From positions 1 to 64,000 of the IMG/VR virus record IMGVR_UViG_3300030098_004420: a stretch of 64,000 nt of DNA; one strand, 5' to 3'. The notes below the pieces were generated by a model, which did no database searches, was not told the DNA's origin, and saw only the letters and a list, made by a program, of their open reading frames with translations. The position numbers and the translations under genes are program-made. Below, one piece after another: positions 26,674-35,939 of the stretch. Every line of letters begins with the position of its first letter. The stretch's first letter is position 1. This stretch comes from a virus.

Positions 26674-26866
26674 GAATGCAGAAGTGCTTAAGAACTTACA
26701 AACTCAATTAACACAAGTTCAAGAACAACTTGAGGTTGGTCGTGCAACGGCTTTAAGACTTCAAGGTGCAATTGATGTTCTTACACAAATTGAAAGTAGC
26801 AAAGTTGAAGATGAAGCACCAGTTGATGGTGGTGAAGAAGAAGCTGAAACTACGGAGGGTGAATGA
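26663..26866 (+). CDS. Small coiled-coil hypothetical protein
   Basis: 67-aa ORF, LQGAIDVL. Confidence 0.75.
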   Translation: MALENAEVLKNLQTQLTQVQEQLEVGRATALRLQGAIDVLTQIESSKVEDEAPVDGGEEEAETTEGE

Positions 26867-27195
26867 GTAATTTTTTCGAGTCCGAAATAATTCGGAACGA
26901 ATTAAAAGAAATCAATAAGTTACAAGAAAGTGTTTACGGTAGCATGTTAACCTTTGGTGACATGGAACGTGAAGATCAACTTGAACATATTGATATGTTG
27001 AGTACTCTTTTAGATAAACAAAGAGTTATGTACACTCGATTGTCTCTATCAGATGATCCACAAGCTCATGCTTTAAAAGAACAATTAGAAAAGTCAGTTC
27101 AATTAATGGGTTTCCCTGAAGGAACTGATATTTCTGTTTTATTTAATGGTATGAATAACACTATTGATAAACTCAAACAAGTCGTTGACTATTGA
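26863..27195 (+). CDS. DUF1825-like protein
   Basis: FFESEII...KQRVMYTRLSLSDDP. Confidence 0.75.
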   Translation: MSNFFESEIIRNELKEINKLQESVYGSMLTFGDMEREDQLEHIDMLSTLLDKQRVMYTRLSLSDDPQAHALKEQLEKSVQLMGFPEGTDISVLFNGMNNTIDKLKQVVDY

Positions 27196-27213
27196 GAGTT
27201 TCTTTGTTATAAT
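27185..27213 (+). promoter_or_regulatory. sigma70-like promoter for gp32
   Basis: TTGACT, 17-nt spacer, TGT-TATAAT. Confidence 0.85.
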
Positions 27214-27255
27214 AAAACCAAATCCAATTAAATCCAAATTAATCCGAGGTAATCT

Positions 27256-28149
27256 ATGTCGTTTGCTAATCTTAAAAAGCAATCAAAACTAGGCTCTCTT
27301 ACACAAAAACTTGTGAAAGAAGTCGAAAAAATGAATAACAATGGTGGTCAAGGTGATGACCGTCTTTGGAAATTAGAATGTGATAAATCAGGTAATGGTT
27401 ATGCCGTTATCCGTTTTCTTCCTGCACCAGATGGTGAAGATTTACCATTTGTAAAACTATACTCCCATGCCTTCCAAGGTCCTGGTGGTTGGTACATCGA
27501 AAACTCTCTAACCACTCTTGGTCAGAAAGATCCAGTTTCTGAGTACAATACTACTCTATGGAACAATGGAACCGATGCAGGTAAAGAGACCGCACGTAAG
27601 CAGAAGCGTAAACTTACATACATTAGTAACATCTATGTTGTAAAGGATCCTGCTAATCCTGAGAACGAAGGTAAAGTATTTCTATACAAGTATGGAAAGA
27701 AAATCTTTGACAAACTAACTGCAGCAATGCAACCTGAGTTTGAAGATGAGGAAGCAATTGATCCATTTGATTTCTGGCAAGGTGCTAACTTCAAATTGAA
27801 GGCAAAGAACGTTGCTGGTTATCGTAACTATGACTCTTCTGAGTTCACTGCTGTTACTCCATTATTGGATGACGATGATGCACTAGAAGGACTCTGGAAG
27901 AAAGAAAACTCTCTTGCAGAACTTGTTGCTAATGATCAGTTTAAGTCATATGATGAACTTAAGACTCGTCTAAGTTATGTTCTTGGTAACAAGAAAGTCA
28001 CTCAAGATGTAGAGACTATTGATGAAGATAATGATAGAGGTGAAGCAGAACAGTTAGTAACTGCTGCTGTTACATCAACACCTACTCCGTCTAGCACGGA
28101 TGACGATGATGAAGCACTTTCGTATTTTGCGAAACTCGCTGCTGAATAA
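27256..28149 (+). CDS. gp32: Single-stranded DNA-binding protein gp32
   Basis: DDRLWK...GNGYAVIRFLP...YSHAFQGPGGWYIENS...NYDSSEF; acidic tail. Confidence 0.97.
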   Translation: MSFANLKKQSKLGSLTQKLVKEVEKMNNNGGQGDDRLWKLECDKSGNGYAVIRFLPAPDGEDLPFVKLYSHAFQGPGGWYIENSLTTLGQKDPVSEYNTTLWNNGTDAGKETARKQKRKLTYISNIYVVKDPANPENEGKVFLYKYGKKIFDKLTAAMQPEFEDEEAIDPFDFWQGANFKLKAKNVAGYRNYDSSEFTAVTPLLDDDDALEGLWKKENSLAELVANDQFKSYDELKTRLSYVLGNKKVTQDVETIDEDNDRGEAEQLVTAAVTSTPTPSSTDDDDEALSYFAKLAAE

Positions 28150-28152
28150 CAC

Positions 28153-28180
28153 AAGAAAGGGGTCTTACGACCCCTTTTTT
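28153..28180. terminator. Bidirectional terminator between convergent gp32 and gp53
   Basis: AAAGGGGTC-TTAC-GACCCCTTT with A-rich and T-rich flanks. Confidence 0.85.
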
Positions 28181-28859
28181 AATATGGCATTGTAATATTA
28201 GTATTCTCTGTTTGTATTAGGTCATCATCCACATATTCAGATGATCTGCCATATACCATTACATCCCTAAAGTCATTTAAGAATTGTCCTAGATATTCAT
28301 TTTTTAGCAAATATATTTGTCTTTTTTTATCATTTAAAAGAAGTTCATGGGTATAGTTTGAAATACCTGATCGAACATTAGATCCACTCTTAGTAACATA
28401 TCCAGTAACAGCAGCTGAATTATCAGGATCATAAAATTTAACTGTGAAATCAGAGTTAACTCTTTGACCTTTTGGTAAAATTAATTTACCTTTACTATCT
28501 TTAATTTCTTTTGTTTCATAGTAACGTATTTGATTTAAATCATTTCCATATTTATCAAGTGCGAAGTCATATATATCTCTATTAGAAAGTGGCCAATCAT
28601 TTCTAACATTTATTATATTAGCAGTAGTTAAAACAACCCAGTCCAATTCTGCACTACCATACATTTGTTCTGCTACAGTTTCAGGACGATATTCATCAGG
28701 TATTTCATATTTGTCAAAAACAGTAAATATATTTTGTAGATCATCTCTTACTTTAGATCTACGAAATATATTTTTTACTTCAATATAATCCAAAGAGGAA
28801 TTTTTGGAAGGTAAGAATGATTGGTAAAGTAAGTTTGGTAGTTCTCTGAAATATCCCAT
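28179..28859 (-). CDS. gp53: Baseplate wedge protein gp53
   Basis: YFRELPN...KNIFRR...RPETVAEQMYGSAELDWVVLTTANIINVRNDWP. Confidence 0.9.
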   Translation of the reverse strand: MGYFRELPNLLYQSFLPSKNSSLDYIEVKNIFRRSKVRDDLQNIFTVFDKYEIPDEYRPETVAEQMYGSAELDWVVLTTANIINVRNDWPLSNRDIYDFALDKYGNDLNQIRYYETKEIKDSKGKLILPKGQRVNSDFTVKFYDPDNSAAVTGYVTKSGSNVRSGISNYTHELLLNDKKRQIYLLKNEYLGQFLNDFRDVMVYGRSSEYVDDDLIQTENTNITMPY

Positions 28860-28860
28860 T

Positions 28861-30162
28861 TTAATATCCTACTGTGTTGTCTGCATCATATCCATATTTG
28901 TCAAAGTAATCAATATCATAGATTGGTTCAAGTTCTTTAAAGGTTAAATCCATAATCATAGAAATTGGTTCTTTATTTTCATATGTTGCATATACTCCTT
29001 CTGCAGTATAATTAACAGATATATCTGTTAAGAAGCATTGTTTAAATTTATGTAAGAATGGATGATCCTTTCTTCCTGATTTATATCTTAATTCAAATAC
29101 ATTAGGTGTTTTTAAAAATAATGACGAACCACCAGCATTTACTTTGGGTGCCATATTCATTTTAAAAGTTCTCACAATTAATTTTATTTGTTCTGCTTCT
29201 TTTTCACTTCTAGGAGTCATTTTGAATGAGAATCTGAAGTTTCTTAGTGTAGGACCATTGAACAATAACTCCATATTTGGGTTAAATATTGTTCCGTCTT
29301 GTCTAGATAATATTTGATTTACAGTTACATTACCACCTAATGCATTAACTGCACTTGCTGCTAATTTCTTAGTAATTAGACCTCTTACATCATTACCTAC
29401 TCCAGAATCAGTTATCATGTTTTTTATAACTTTTTGTCCTTCAGCTATAGCATTCCCCATACGAGTCTCATCTCCTTCAGGAGCCGTAGCAAGTGCCGTA
29501 CCTACATTTTCCATTAGACCTGTTGCTCCACCCACTGCAGCACCAACAATACTGTTCATTTTAGAATCACCAGCACTTACTGCATTTCCATCTTGAATGT
29601 TTGCTGGTATCTGTAATAATACAGTTCCTTTATTTACTAATGATTTGGTTGATACACCTTTAGGAAGTTTATTTCTATTGATAGTATTTCTTCTATTACC
29701 TGGTAAAGAAACAAGAGATCCACCAGATTTTTCACCTATAGATGAATATTCTACAATATCAACTTGTAGATAATCTGTACTTTCCGTCATTGCTTCTAAC
29801 GGATATCTTAATATACCACCCCTTGTTCTTATAGGTGCAACATTATTATTTAAAAACTTAGATGTAACAGCAGTCTTTGTTTTAGTTTTTACAGTTTCAT
29901 CATCATCATTATTCTGACTAATTTCCTTTATAAGTTTCTGTCCATCTTTAGAAATTTTAGGATCTATTGAAAAAGATGTTTCTGCACTAAATCCAGTAAG
30001 ACCAGCTTTGAAGAGAGTTGGATCAAAGAAGTCTTTAACACCTTTCCAGAAACCTCCTCCATTAACTACTTCAGTATCTCCAATAAAATCTTCGGGAGCT
30101 ATACCAAATGCTGGATCATCATAATCTCGACCCCATTTATCAGTACCTTGGTTCTTAGCCAT
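28861..30162 (-). CDS. gp48: Baseplate tail-tube cap gp48
   Basis: NPNMELLFNGPTLRNFRFSFKMTPRS...CFLTDISVNYT...LTFKELEP. Confidence 0.88.
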   Translation of the reverse strand: MAKNQGTDKWGRDYDDPAFGIAPEDFIGDTEVVNGGGFWKGVKDFFDPTLFKAGLTGFSAETSFSIDPKISKDGQKLIKEISQNNDDDETVKTKTKTAVTSKFLNNNVAPIRTRGGILRYPLEAMTESTDYLQVDIVEYSSIGEKSGGSLVSLPGNRRNTINRNKLPKGVSTKSLVNKGTVLLQIPANIQDGNAVSAGDSKMNSIVGAAVGGATGLMENVGTALATAPEGDETRMGNAIAEGQKVIKNMITDSGVGNDVRGLITKKLAASAVNALGGNVTVNQILSRQDGTIFNPNMELLFNGPTLRNFRFSFKMTPRSEKEAEQIKLIVRTFKMNMAPKVNAGGSSLFLKTPNVFELRYKSGRKDHPFLHKFKQCFLTDISVNYTAEGVYATYENKEPISMIMDLTFKELEPIYDIDYFDKYGYDADNTVGY

Positions 30163-30184
30163 TATTGATATACTTCATTAATTA

Positions 30185-30535
30185 TTAGTTATTTAGACGC
30201 ATCTTCGCATAAGGTATTCCACGTAACGATTGTATCTCTTCATTCGATACAATATGCAGTTGTCCTATTACCTCATCCCATGTATATTGTCTGAATCCAC
30301 CCCAATGAAAATTAATACCTCTAAAACCCCATTGAAAAATATCAGTGACTGCTACTAAAGGAAATTCATCATATTCTATATCAGGTGTTTTAGGTTGATA
30401 AACAAAAGTATAATACTTACCAGCCTCTGGAACTAATTCTGTTTCTGATAATATCTCTAGGATTTCAAGCATCCTATCATCAGGACTTACTGCACTAAGT
30501 ATTTCTTGTTTTGCATCATCGATTCTATCTGCCAT
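30185..30535 (-). CDS. gp2-like DNA end protector domain protein
   Basis: GKYYTFVYQPKT...YDEFPLV...GFRGINFHW; adjacent to gp4. Confidence 0.65.
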   Translation of the reverse strand: MADRIDDAKQEILSAVSPDDRMLEILEILSETELVPEAGKYYTFVYQPKTPDIEYDEFPLVAVTDIFQWGFRGINFHWGGFRQYTWDEVIGQLHIVSNEEIQSLRGIPYAKMRLNN

Positions 30536-30972
30536 TACTTGATACCTAGTTCGTTTTCTGTTAATACTTTAAATTCTACCATTCTATCTTTACAATATTC
30601 TGATGCTGCTTCCCATTTTGCTTGATTTTTTACATATTCGCATACTTCACGAATATATTTTTTAGATTTTATTTTTTGTACCTTTGGTTCTATACATTGT
30701 TTCTTTGGTTTGATTTCAATTACATATTTTTTAATTTGTCCAGTATTTTCTCGTACCTTAATATAGAAGTCTGGAAAGTACCTATGGTATCTATTATCTA
30801 TTGGTGACTTGTAAGGAATAAAGAATTCTTCACTTCCCCATTCTAAAATATTCTGATTACTATCACAATATTTCATAAACTTTAGTTCCCATAAAGAACG
30901 GTATATTATATTGGTATAATCCCCTTTATACTTCTTAGGAATGCTTGGTCTGAATTTTCCTTTATAAGCCAT
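30535..30972 (-). CDS. gp4: Head completion nuclease gp4
   Basis: YKGD...IIYRSLWE...WGSEE...RYFPDF...EIKP...NQAKW. Confidence 0.93.
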   Translation of the reverse strand: MAYKGKFRPSIPKKYKGDYTNIIYRSLWELKFMKYCDSNQNILEWGSEEFFIPYKSPIDNRYHRYFPDFYIKVRENTGQIKKYVIEIKPKKQCIEPKVQKIKSKKYIREVCEYVKNQAKWEAASEYCKDRMVEFKVLTENELGIK

Positions 30973-31010
30973 CTAAATAGAAATAATATAAGACTCGTAA
31001 GGTATTTAGA

Positions 31011-31622
31011 GTGGCAAAGGGTATAGCACAAAGAATAACAATGCAGGATGTCAAGGAGAAACTTGGCAAACTGTCGTTGACGAATCAGTATCAGGTTCAT
31101 TTTTCAACTTTAAGTAAGACAATATCAGATTATCTCAAAAGGAGTAGGGGACTTATTGATATTGATAATTTTTTATCTAGAAATGTTGGAATTTTATGTT
31201 CTGATGCATCTTTACCTGCTAGTGCATTTGCAACGGGGGAAGTAAAGGATAATTTTATGGGTATTCCTCAAGAGTTTGCTCATACTAGATTATATACTGA
31301 TATTGATTTTACTTTTTATGTGGATGAAGATTATAAATCTTTAAGTATTTTTGAAGGATGGATGGATTATATTTCTAGTGGTGCAGATATTGATCCTGAA
31401 GAAAGGGCATTCTATAGAAGATTTAGGTATCCAGATGATTATAAAGTCAATACAATGACTATTACTAAATTTGAAAGAAAGATGAAAAGTAAGTTAATGT
31501 ATGAATTTAAAAATGCTTTTCCTAAATCTATTACATCTTTACCTGTTACTTATGGAGCAGCAGATTTATTAAAAGTTACAGTTAACTTTAACTATGATAG
31601 ATACGTTGTAAATAGAAGTTAA
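31011..31622 (+). CDS. Tail-tube initiator / gp19-fold protein (gp54-like)
   Basis: NQYQV...CSDASLP...FTFYVD...FEGWMDYI...NAFPKSI. Confidence 0.75.
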   Translation: MAKGIAQRITMQDVKEKLGKLSLTNQYQVHFSTLSKTISDYLKRSRGLIDIDNFLSRNVGILCSDASLPASAFATGEVKDNFMGIPQEFAHTRLYTDIDFTFYVDEDYKSLSIFEGWMDYISSGADIDPEERAFYRRFRYPDDYKVNTMTITKFERKMKSKLMYEFKNAFPKSITSLPVTYGAADLLKVTVNFNYDRYVVNRS

Positions 31623-31631
31623 AATTACCCC

Positions 31632-31639
31632 TATAAATA
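31632..31639 (+). promoter_or_regulatory. T4-type late promoter
   Basis: TATAAATA upstream of gp26. Confidence 0.8.
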
Positions 31640-31663
31640 AAATTACTGAAGTGTGAAAACATT

Positions 31664-32383
31664 ATGCCATTACCAAAGATTAATACTCCAACTTATGAGT
31701 TGACTTTACCCTCTAATAATAAGAAAATTAAATATCGTCCCTTTCTCGTAAGGGAAGAGAAGATTCTTATTATGGCATTGGAGACTGAAAATAGTGAAGA
31801 TATATCAAATTCTGTTGTAGATATATTGTCTGAATGTATCCTTACAAAAGGAGTAGATGTTACTAAACTTGCTACTTTTGATATTGAATACTTATTCTTG
31901 AATGTTCGTTCAAAATCAGTTGGTGAAACTGTTGAAGTTAATATAGTTTGTCCTGATGATAATAAAACATCAGTTCAAATGGAAATTAATCTTGATAGTA
32001 TTAAAGTTCAAAAAACTAGAGGGCATAAGAATATTATTAAACTTGATGATCAATACTCTTTGAAACTTAAATATCCTTCTCTTGACGAATTTATTGGAAA
32101 TAATTTTGATACTAATGAAAGTAATATGGTTGATAAATCTCTTAATATGATTAGTTCATGTATTGAAATGGTTTATGATGAAGAGGAGAGTTGGGATGCT
32201 TCTGATTCAACTAAAGAAGAATTGGAAGAATTTGTAGAACAATTAAACAGTAAACAGTTTAAAGCAATTGAGAAATTTTTTGAAACAATGCCTAAACTTT
32301 CTCATAAAGTTAAAGTAACAAATCCAACCACTGAGGTGGAATCTGAAGTAGTGTTGGAGGGGTTGGCAAGTTTTTTCACTTAA
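31664..32383 (+). CDS. gp26: Baseplate hub assembly protein gp26
   Basis: MPLPKI..PTYELTLPS...YRPFLVREEKIL...FDIEYLFLNVRSKSVGE...LEGLASFF. Confidence 0.92.
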   Translation: MPLPKINTPTYELTLPSNNKKIKYRPFLVREEKILIMALETENSEDISNSVVDILSECILTKGVDVTKLATFDIEYLFLNVRSKSVGETVEVNIVCPDDNKTSVQMEINLDSIKVQKTRGHKNIIKLDDQYSLKLKYPSLDEFIGNNFDTNESNMVDKSLNMISSCIEMVYDEEESWDASDSTKEELEEFVEQLNSKQFKAIEKFFETMPKLSHKVKVTNPTTEVESEVVLEGLASFFT

Positions 32384-32385
32384 GT

Positions 32386-32559
32386 ATGGCTCATACTAGT
32401 CTTGAGTCATACTATAAAGTAAATTTTGCCTTGATACAACACCATAAATACTCTTTAACAGAGATAGAAAATATGATTCCTTGGGAAAGGGAAGTGTATG
32501 TGACTTTATTAAAACAGTACATAGATGAAGAAAACCTAAAACAACAAAGTGGCAGTTAA
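32386..32559 (+). CDS. gp51: Baseplate hub assembly catalyst gp51 (absent from ORF track)
   Basis: MAHTSLESYYKVNFALIQHHKYSLTEIENMIPWEREVYVTLLKQYIDEENLKQQSGS*, translated by hand. Confidence 0.85.
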   Translation: MAHTSLESYYKVNFALIQHHKYSLTEIENMIPWEREVYVTLLKQYIDEENLKQQSGS

Positions 32560-33760
32560 ACCTTTAAAAATAAATACGACTAATATCAAATCTCCTTTTG
32601 GTAGTGGAGGTTCTATACCATCAATTTCTGCTGGTACTAAGTTTAATCTTAAAGCAGTAGAATCACTTAAACCTGTTACTATCGAAAGTCCAACACTTGA
32701 GATGGAACTTGCTGATGATATGGAGGTAGTTAAAAGGGATATTAGTGGAATTAATAATAGTGTTAATAGTCATGGAAAACGTATTAATATGTTATCTGGG
32801 GCAGTATCCACCCTAAATGAACAGTTAGAAGAAACTACTGCAGTAATAAAAGATATTGGAAATGCATTAGCATTAGATTTTGCTAATAGAATTACTGAAC
32901 AGAAAAAAGATAATAAACAATTAAAATCACAGAAAGACTCACTTAAAAAAGAACGTGCTGAAGATAAATTAGAAAGAAAAAAAATAGGAAAAGGTGGAGG
33001 TATAGGATCTAAGTTAGGTGGTGTAGCAAAAGCAGGAACAGGAATTAATTTTGGTGGCATACTAGATGCTGCTAAAATTCTTGGTGTTGGTATTGCTATT
33101 AATGCATTGTGGCCAAAAATAAGTGATATATTTGCGTGGACAATGAACAATCTTGATAAGGTATTATTAGTTGGTGGAGCAATACTTGCACTTAATGTTG
33201 TTGGTGGAATTGGTACTTTACTTTCAATAGGAGCTCTTTTAGCAAATCCTTGGGTGCTTGCTCTTGTTGGATTATTAGGATCTGGAGTTTTAATTAATAA
33301 AATAATTGATAATATTAGAAATAAAGAAATAAATGACAAAAAACTTAAAGAAAACACTAAAAAGAAGATGGAGAAATATGGATTTACTGATGAAAAATTT
33401 GATCTAATACAAACTAACCAGTGGTGGGATTTTCTTGATTGGTTCCCAGATACGTTTAAAGTTAAACCAAAGGAGATGAATAGTGGTGGAATAGTTCCTG
33501 GTTCAGGTAATACTGATAATTTCCCTGCATTATTAACACCTGGTGAAGGTGTTATTGATGCTGATACAATGGCATCAATTTCTCAAAAACCTAGTGGAAT
33601 AAATTTAATTGAAATGGATTTACCTCCAATAAGACTTCCTTCAAAAAAAGAAAAGAAAGTTCCTTTAGGGGAAACAACAAATGTTGTTCCTATTTCTTCT
33701 ATTAATAGAATGAATCTTTATATGACTAAAACCCCAGAATTACATGGAATAATAATATAA
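32549..33760 (+). CDS. Putative tape-measure / baseplate hub-related protein
   Basis: Coiled coil, hydrophobic Gly-rich helices, GGIVPGSGNTD..PALLTPGE motif; follows gp26/gp51. Confidence 0.55.
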   Translation: MAVKPLKINTTNIKSPFGSGGSIPSISAGTKFNLKAVESLKPVTIESPTLEMELADDMEVVKRDISGINNSVNSHGKRINMLSGAVSTLNEQLEETTAVIKDIGNALALDFANRITEQKKDNKQLKSQKDSLKKERAEDKLERKKIGKGGGIGSKLGGVAKAGTGINFGGILDAAKILGVGIAINALWPKISDIFAWTMNNLDKVLLVGGAILALNVVGGIGTLLSIGALLANPWVLALVGLLGSGVLINKIIDNIRNKEINDKKLKENTKKKMEKYGFTDEKFDLIQTNQWWDFLDWFPDTFKVKPKEMNSGGIVPGSGNTDNFPALLTPGEGVIDADTMASISQKPSGINLIEMDLPPIRLPSKKEKKVPLGETTNVVPISSINRMNLYMTKTPELHGIII

Positions 33761-33764
33761 GATT

Positions 33765-34667
33765 ATGCCATTACCAGCAGTAGCAGTAGGAATAGCGAAA
33801 GTAGGAGCCATTATTAGTAAGGGAGCAATGGTAGCAGGAAAGGGACTTGCTGCTGGTGCAAAGGCTGGTGCAAAGATTGGTTCTTCTGCTGTAAAAACTG
33901 GATCTCGTGCTACAAGTAGTAGTGTAAAAGGTGCTAAGAATTTAAAAATATCAGTAACTAATATTAGAAGTGTTCTTAATAAAAAAACTAAGAGATTGAC
34001 TAATTTAAAAAAGATAAATGTAAGAGATCAGAATAATATATTAAAAGAAGAAAGGAAACGGGTAAAGGAAAAGAAGTTAGAATCTCAAAATAAGAATAAG
34101 AAAAAGAAAATGAAAATGCCAGGACCAATAAAAGGTGCTATTCAGAAAATTGGACAAGTTGGTGGATTATTATTAGCTGGAATTGGGATAAATGTTCTTT
34201 TTGAAATGTTAGATAAAACAAAAAAAGAAGCTGATGATTTGAATATTAAAGTTGATAACAAGTGGGGTTCTAGTGCTTCAAAAAGAAAAGACATGGAAAA
34301 TAAATTAGATAAGATTGATACTAAAAAATTGACACTAGATGCTAAGAAATTTGGTAATATGATGGAGAGAGAGAAATCAAATATACCAGATGTTAAAGAT
34401 CCTAATTCAACTATAACAGTAAAAGATGGTGATGGAACAAGTAAAAAAATGACAGCAAAGCAATTTATGTTTTGGGGAAGAAAAAAAAGTATTGATGATA
34501 ATTCTTCAAATAATAATGTTTCTATAAATTCTGGAGATGATACAAGTTCTACAAATAGTGTTATTCCTTTAGACAAGGATAAGAATCTTAGTAGTTTGTT
34601 AAATAATAATGATAATAAACAAACTGTGATTTTGACAAGACAAGTTGTTGAAGTACCTGTAGATTAG
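33765..34667 (+). CDS. Basic hypothetical tail protein
   Basis: 300-aa ORF in the tail cluster; Lys-rich coiled coil. Confidence 0.65.
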   Translation: MPLPAVAVGIAKVGAIISKGAMVAGKGLAAGAKAGAKIGSSAVKTGSRATSSSVKGAKNLKISVTNIRSVLNKKTKRLTNLKKINVRDQNNILKEERKRVKEKKLESQNKNKKKKMKMPGPIKGAIQKIGQVGGLLLAGIGINVLFEMLDKTKKEADDLNIKVDNKWGSSASKRKDMENKLDKIDTKKLTLDAKKFGNMMEREKSNIPDVKDPNSTITVKDGDGTSKKMTAKQFMFWGRKKSIDDNSSNNNVSINSGDDTSSTNSVIPLDKDKNLSSLLNNNDNKQTVILTRQVVEVPVD

Positions 34668-34677
34668 GAGGATATAA

Positions 34678-35937
34678 ATGTCAGGAAGTGCAGCACGAGC
34701 ATCCATTTATGAGAAGATGGAAATTAGTAAAGATGGTAAGAATGCCAATCTTATAGGTAAAACTGTAAGTTTTGATTACTATGAAAGTTTGTATTCTCCT
34801 GAAGTAACTGCTACTTTACTTTTTGTTGATGCTGGTGCATCTATTGAAGCTAGTAAAGAACAAGATAGTCAGGGTAGACTTGGAAGTATTAAAAGTGCAT
34901 TACCAATTACGGGTTATGAGGATGTTCAAGTAAAAATTAAATCTAAGTCAGGAACTTTAAATTTTCCATTTAAAGTTAATGGTGCTCCTACTTTAACAGA
35001 GGATTCAAATCGTCAAAGTGTTTTTCTATCTCTTAAATCCAGTTCTGCTTATGAAAATTTAGATATTAAAGATCCATGTAAGAAGTATAAAGGTAGAATT
35101 AGTGATACTGTTAAAAAAATACTTAAAGATCTCAATGTAAGAAAATCTACTATAGATCCTACACAAAATAATTATGATTTTTATTCAAATGGTGTAGGTG
35201 GATTAGATTTAATAAATGATTTATGTAGAAGATCTATTCCCCAAAATGGTGATCCTGCATACTTCTTTTATGAAACACAGAGAGGTATTAACTTTAGAGG
35301 TATAGATAATCTTATATCTCAAAGTCCAGTCGAAACTTATACATATTCTGGTGGTTCTAAGGCAAATCTTGATAATGATAATAATGACTATAGGATTTTA
35401 TTGCCACCAAATATTATTAAAGATCAAGACGTAGAGGAAGCATTGAAGTATTATAGTAGTCGTAATGTATTCTTTAATCCTTCAAATCTTGAAGTTGAAG
35501 AACCTAAAATTTATTCACTAAAGAATAGTAAGGTTAAAAAACTCTTGGGAAGGAAGCCAGCATTTGAAGATAAGATAAAGAGTTATAGTACAAGTAATTT
35601 TGTTGTTTTAGATATTGGTAGTACTGATGCTGATCCTAATGAATTAACTCCTAATAATGATCCAAGAGAATGGCAAGCAAAATCTCCTATGAGATATAAT
35701 CTTCTTCATTCTCAAATAATGGAGATTCAAGTTCCTTGTAATTTACAATTAAATGCTGGTGATGTAATTAAATGTGAATTTCAAAGACAAGGTGAAACTG
35801 CAATGGGTGGTGTTGATCAACAGCAAAGTGGTAAATACTTAATATTACATCTTTGTCATCATTTTGATACTGAAAGGTCATATACTTCTATGACCATATG
35901 CCGTGATGCTTACGGATTATACACTAATAAGAGTTAG
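34678..35937 (+). CDS. Baseplate hub protein (gp27-like)
   Basis: DYYESLYSP, FFYETQRG, LNAGDVI...SGKYLILHLCHHF; located before gp5. Confidence 0.65.
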   Translation: MSGSAARASIYEKMEISKDGKNANLIGKTVSFDYYESLYSPEVTATLLFVDAGASIEASKEQDSQGRLGSIKSALPITGYEDVQVKIKSKSGTLNFPFKVNGAPTLTEDSNRQSVFLSLKSSSAYENLDIKDPCKKYKGRISDTVKKILKDLNVRKSTIDPTQNNYDFYSNGVGGLDLINDLCRRSIPQNGDPAYFFYETQRGINFRGIDNLISQSPVETYTYSGGSKANLDNDNNDYRILLPPNIIKDQDVEEALKYYSSRNVFFNPSNLEVEEPKIYSLKNSKVKKLLGRKPAFEDKIKSYSTSNFVVLDIGSTDADPNELTPNNDPREWQAKSPMRYNLLHSQIMEIQVPCNLQLNAGDVIKCEFQRQGETAMGGVDQQQSGKYLILHLCHHFDTERSYTSMTICRDAYGLYTNKS

Positions 35938-35939
35938 AT

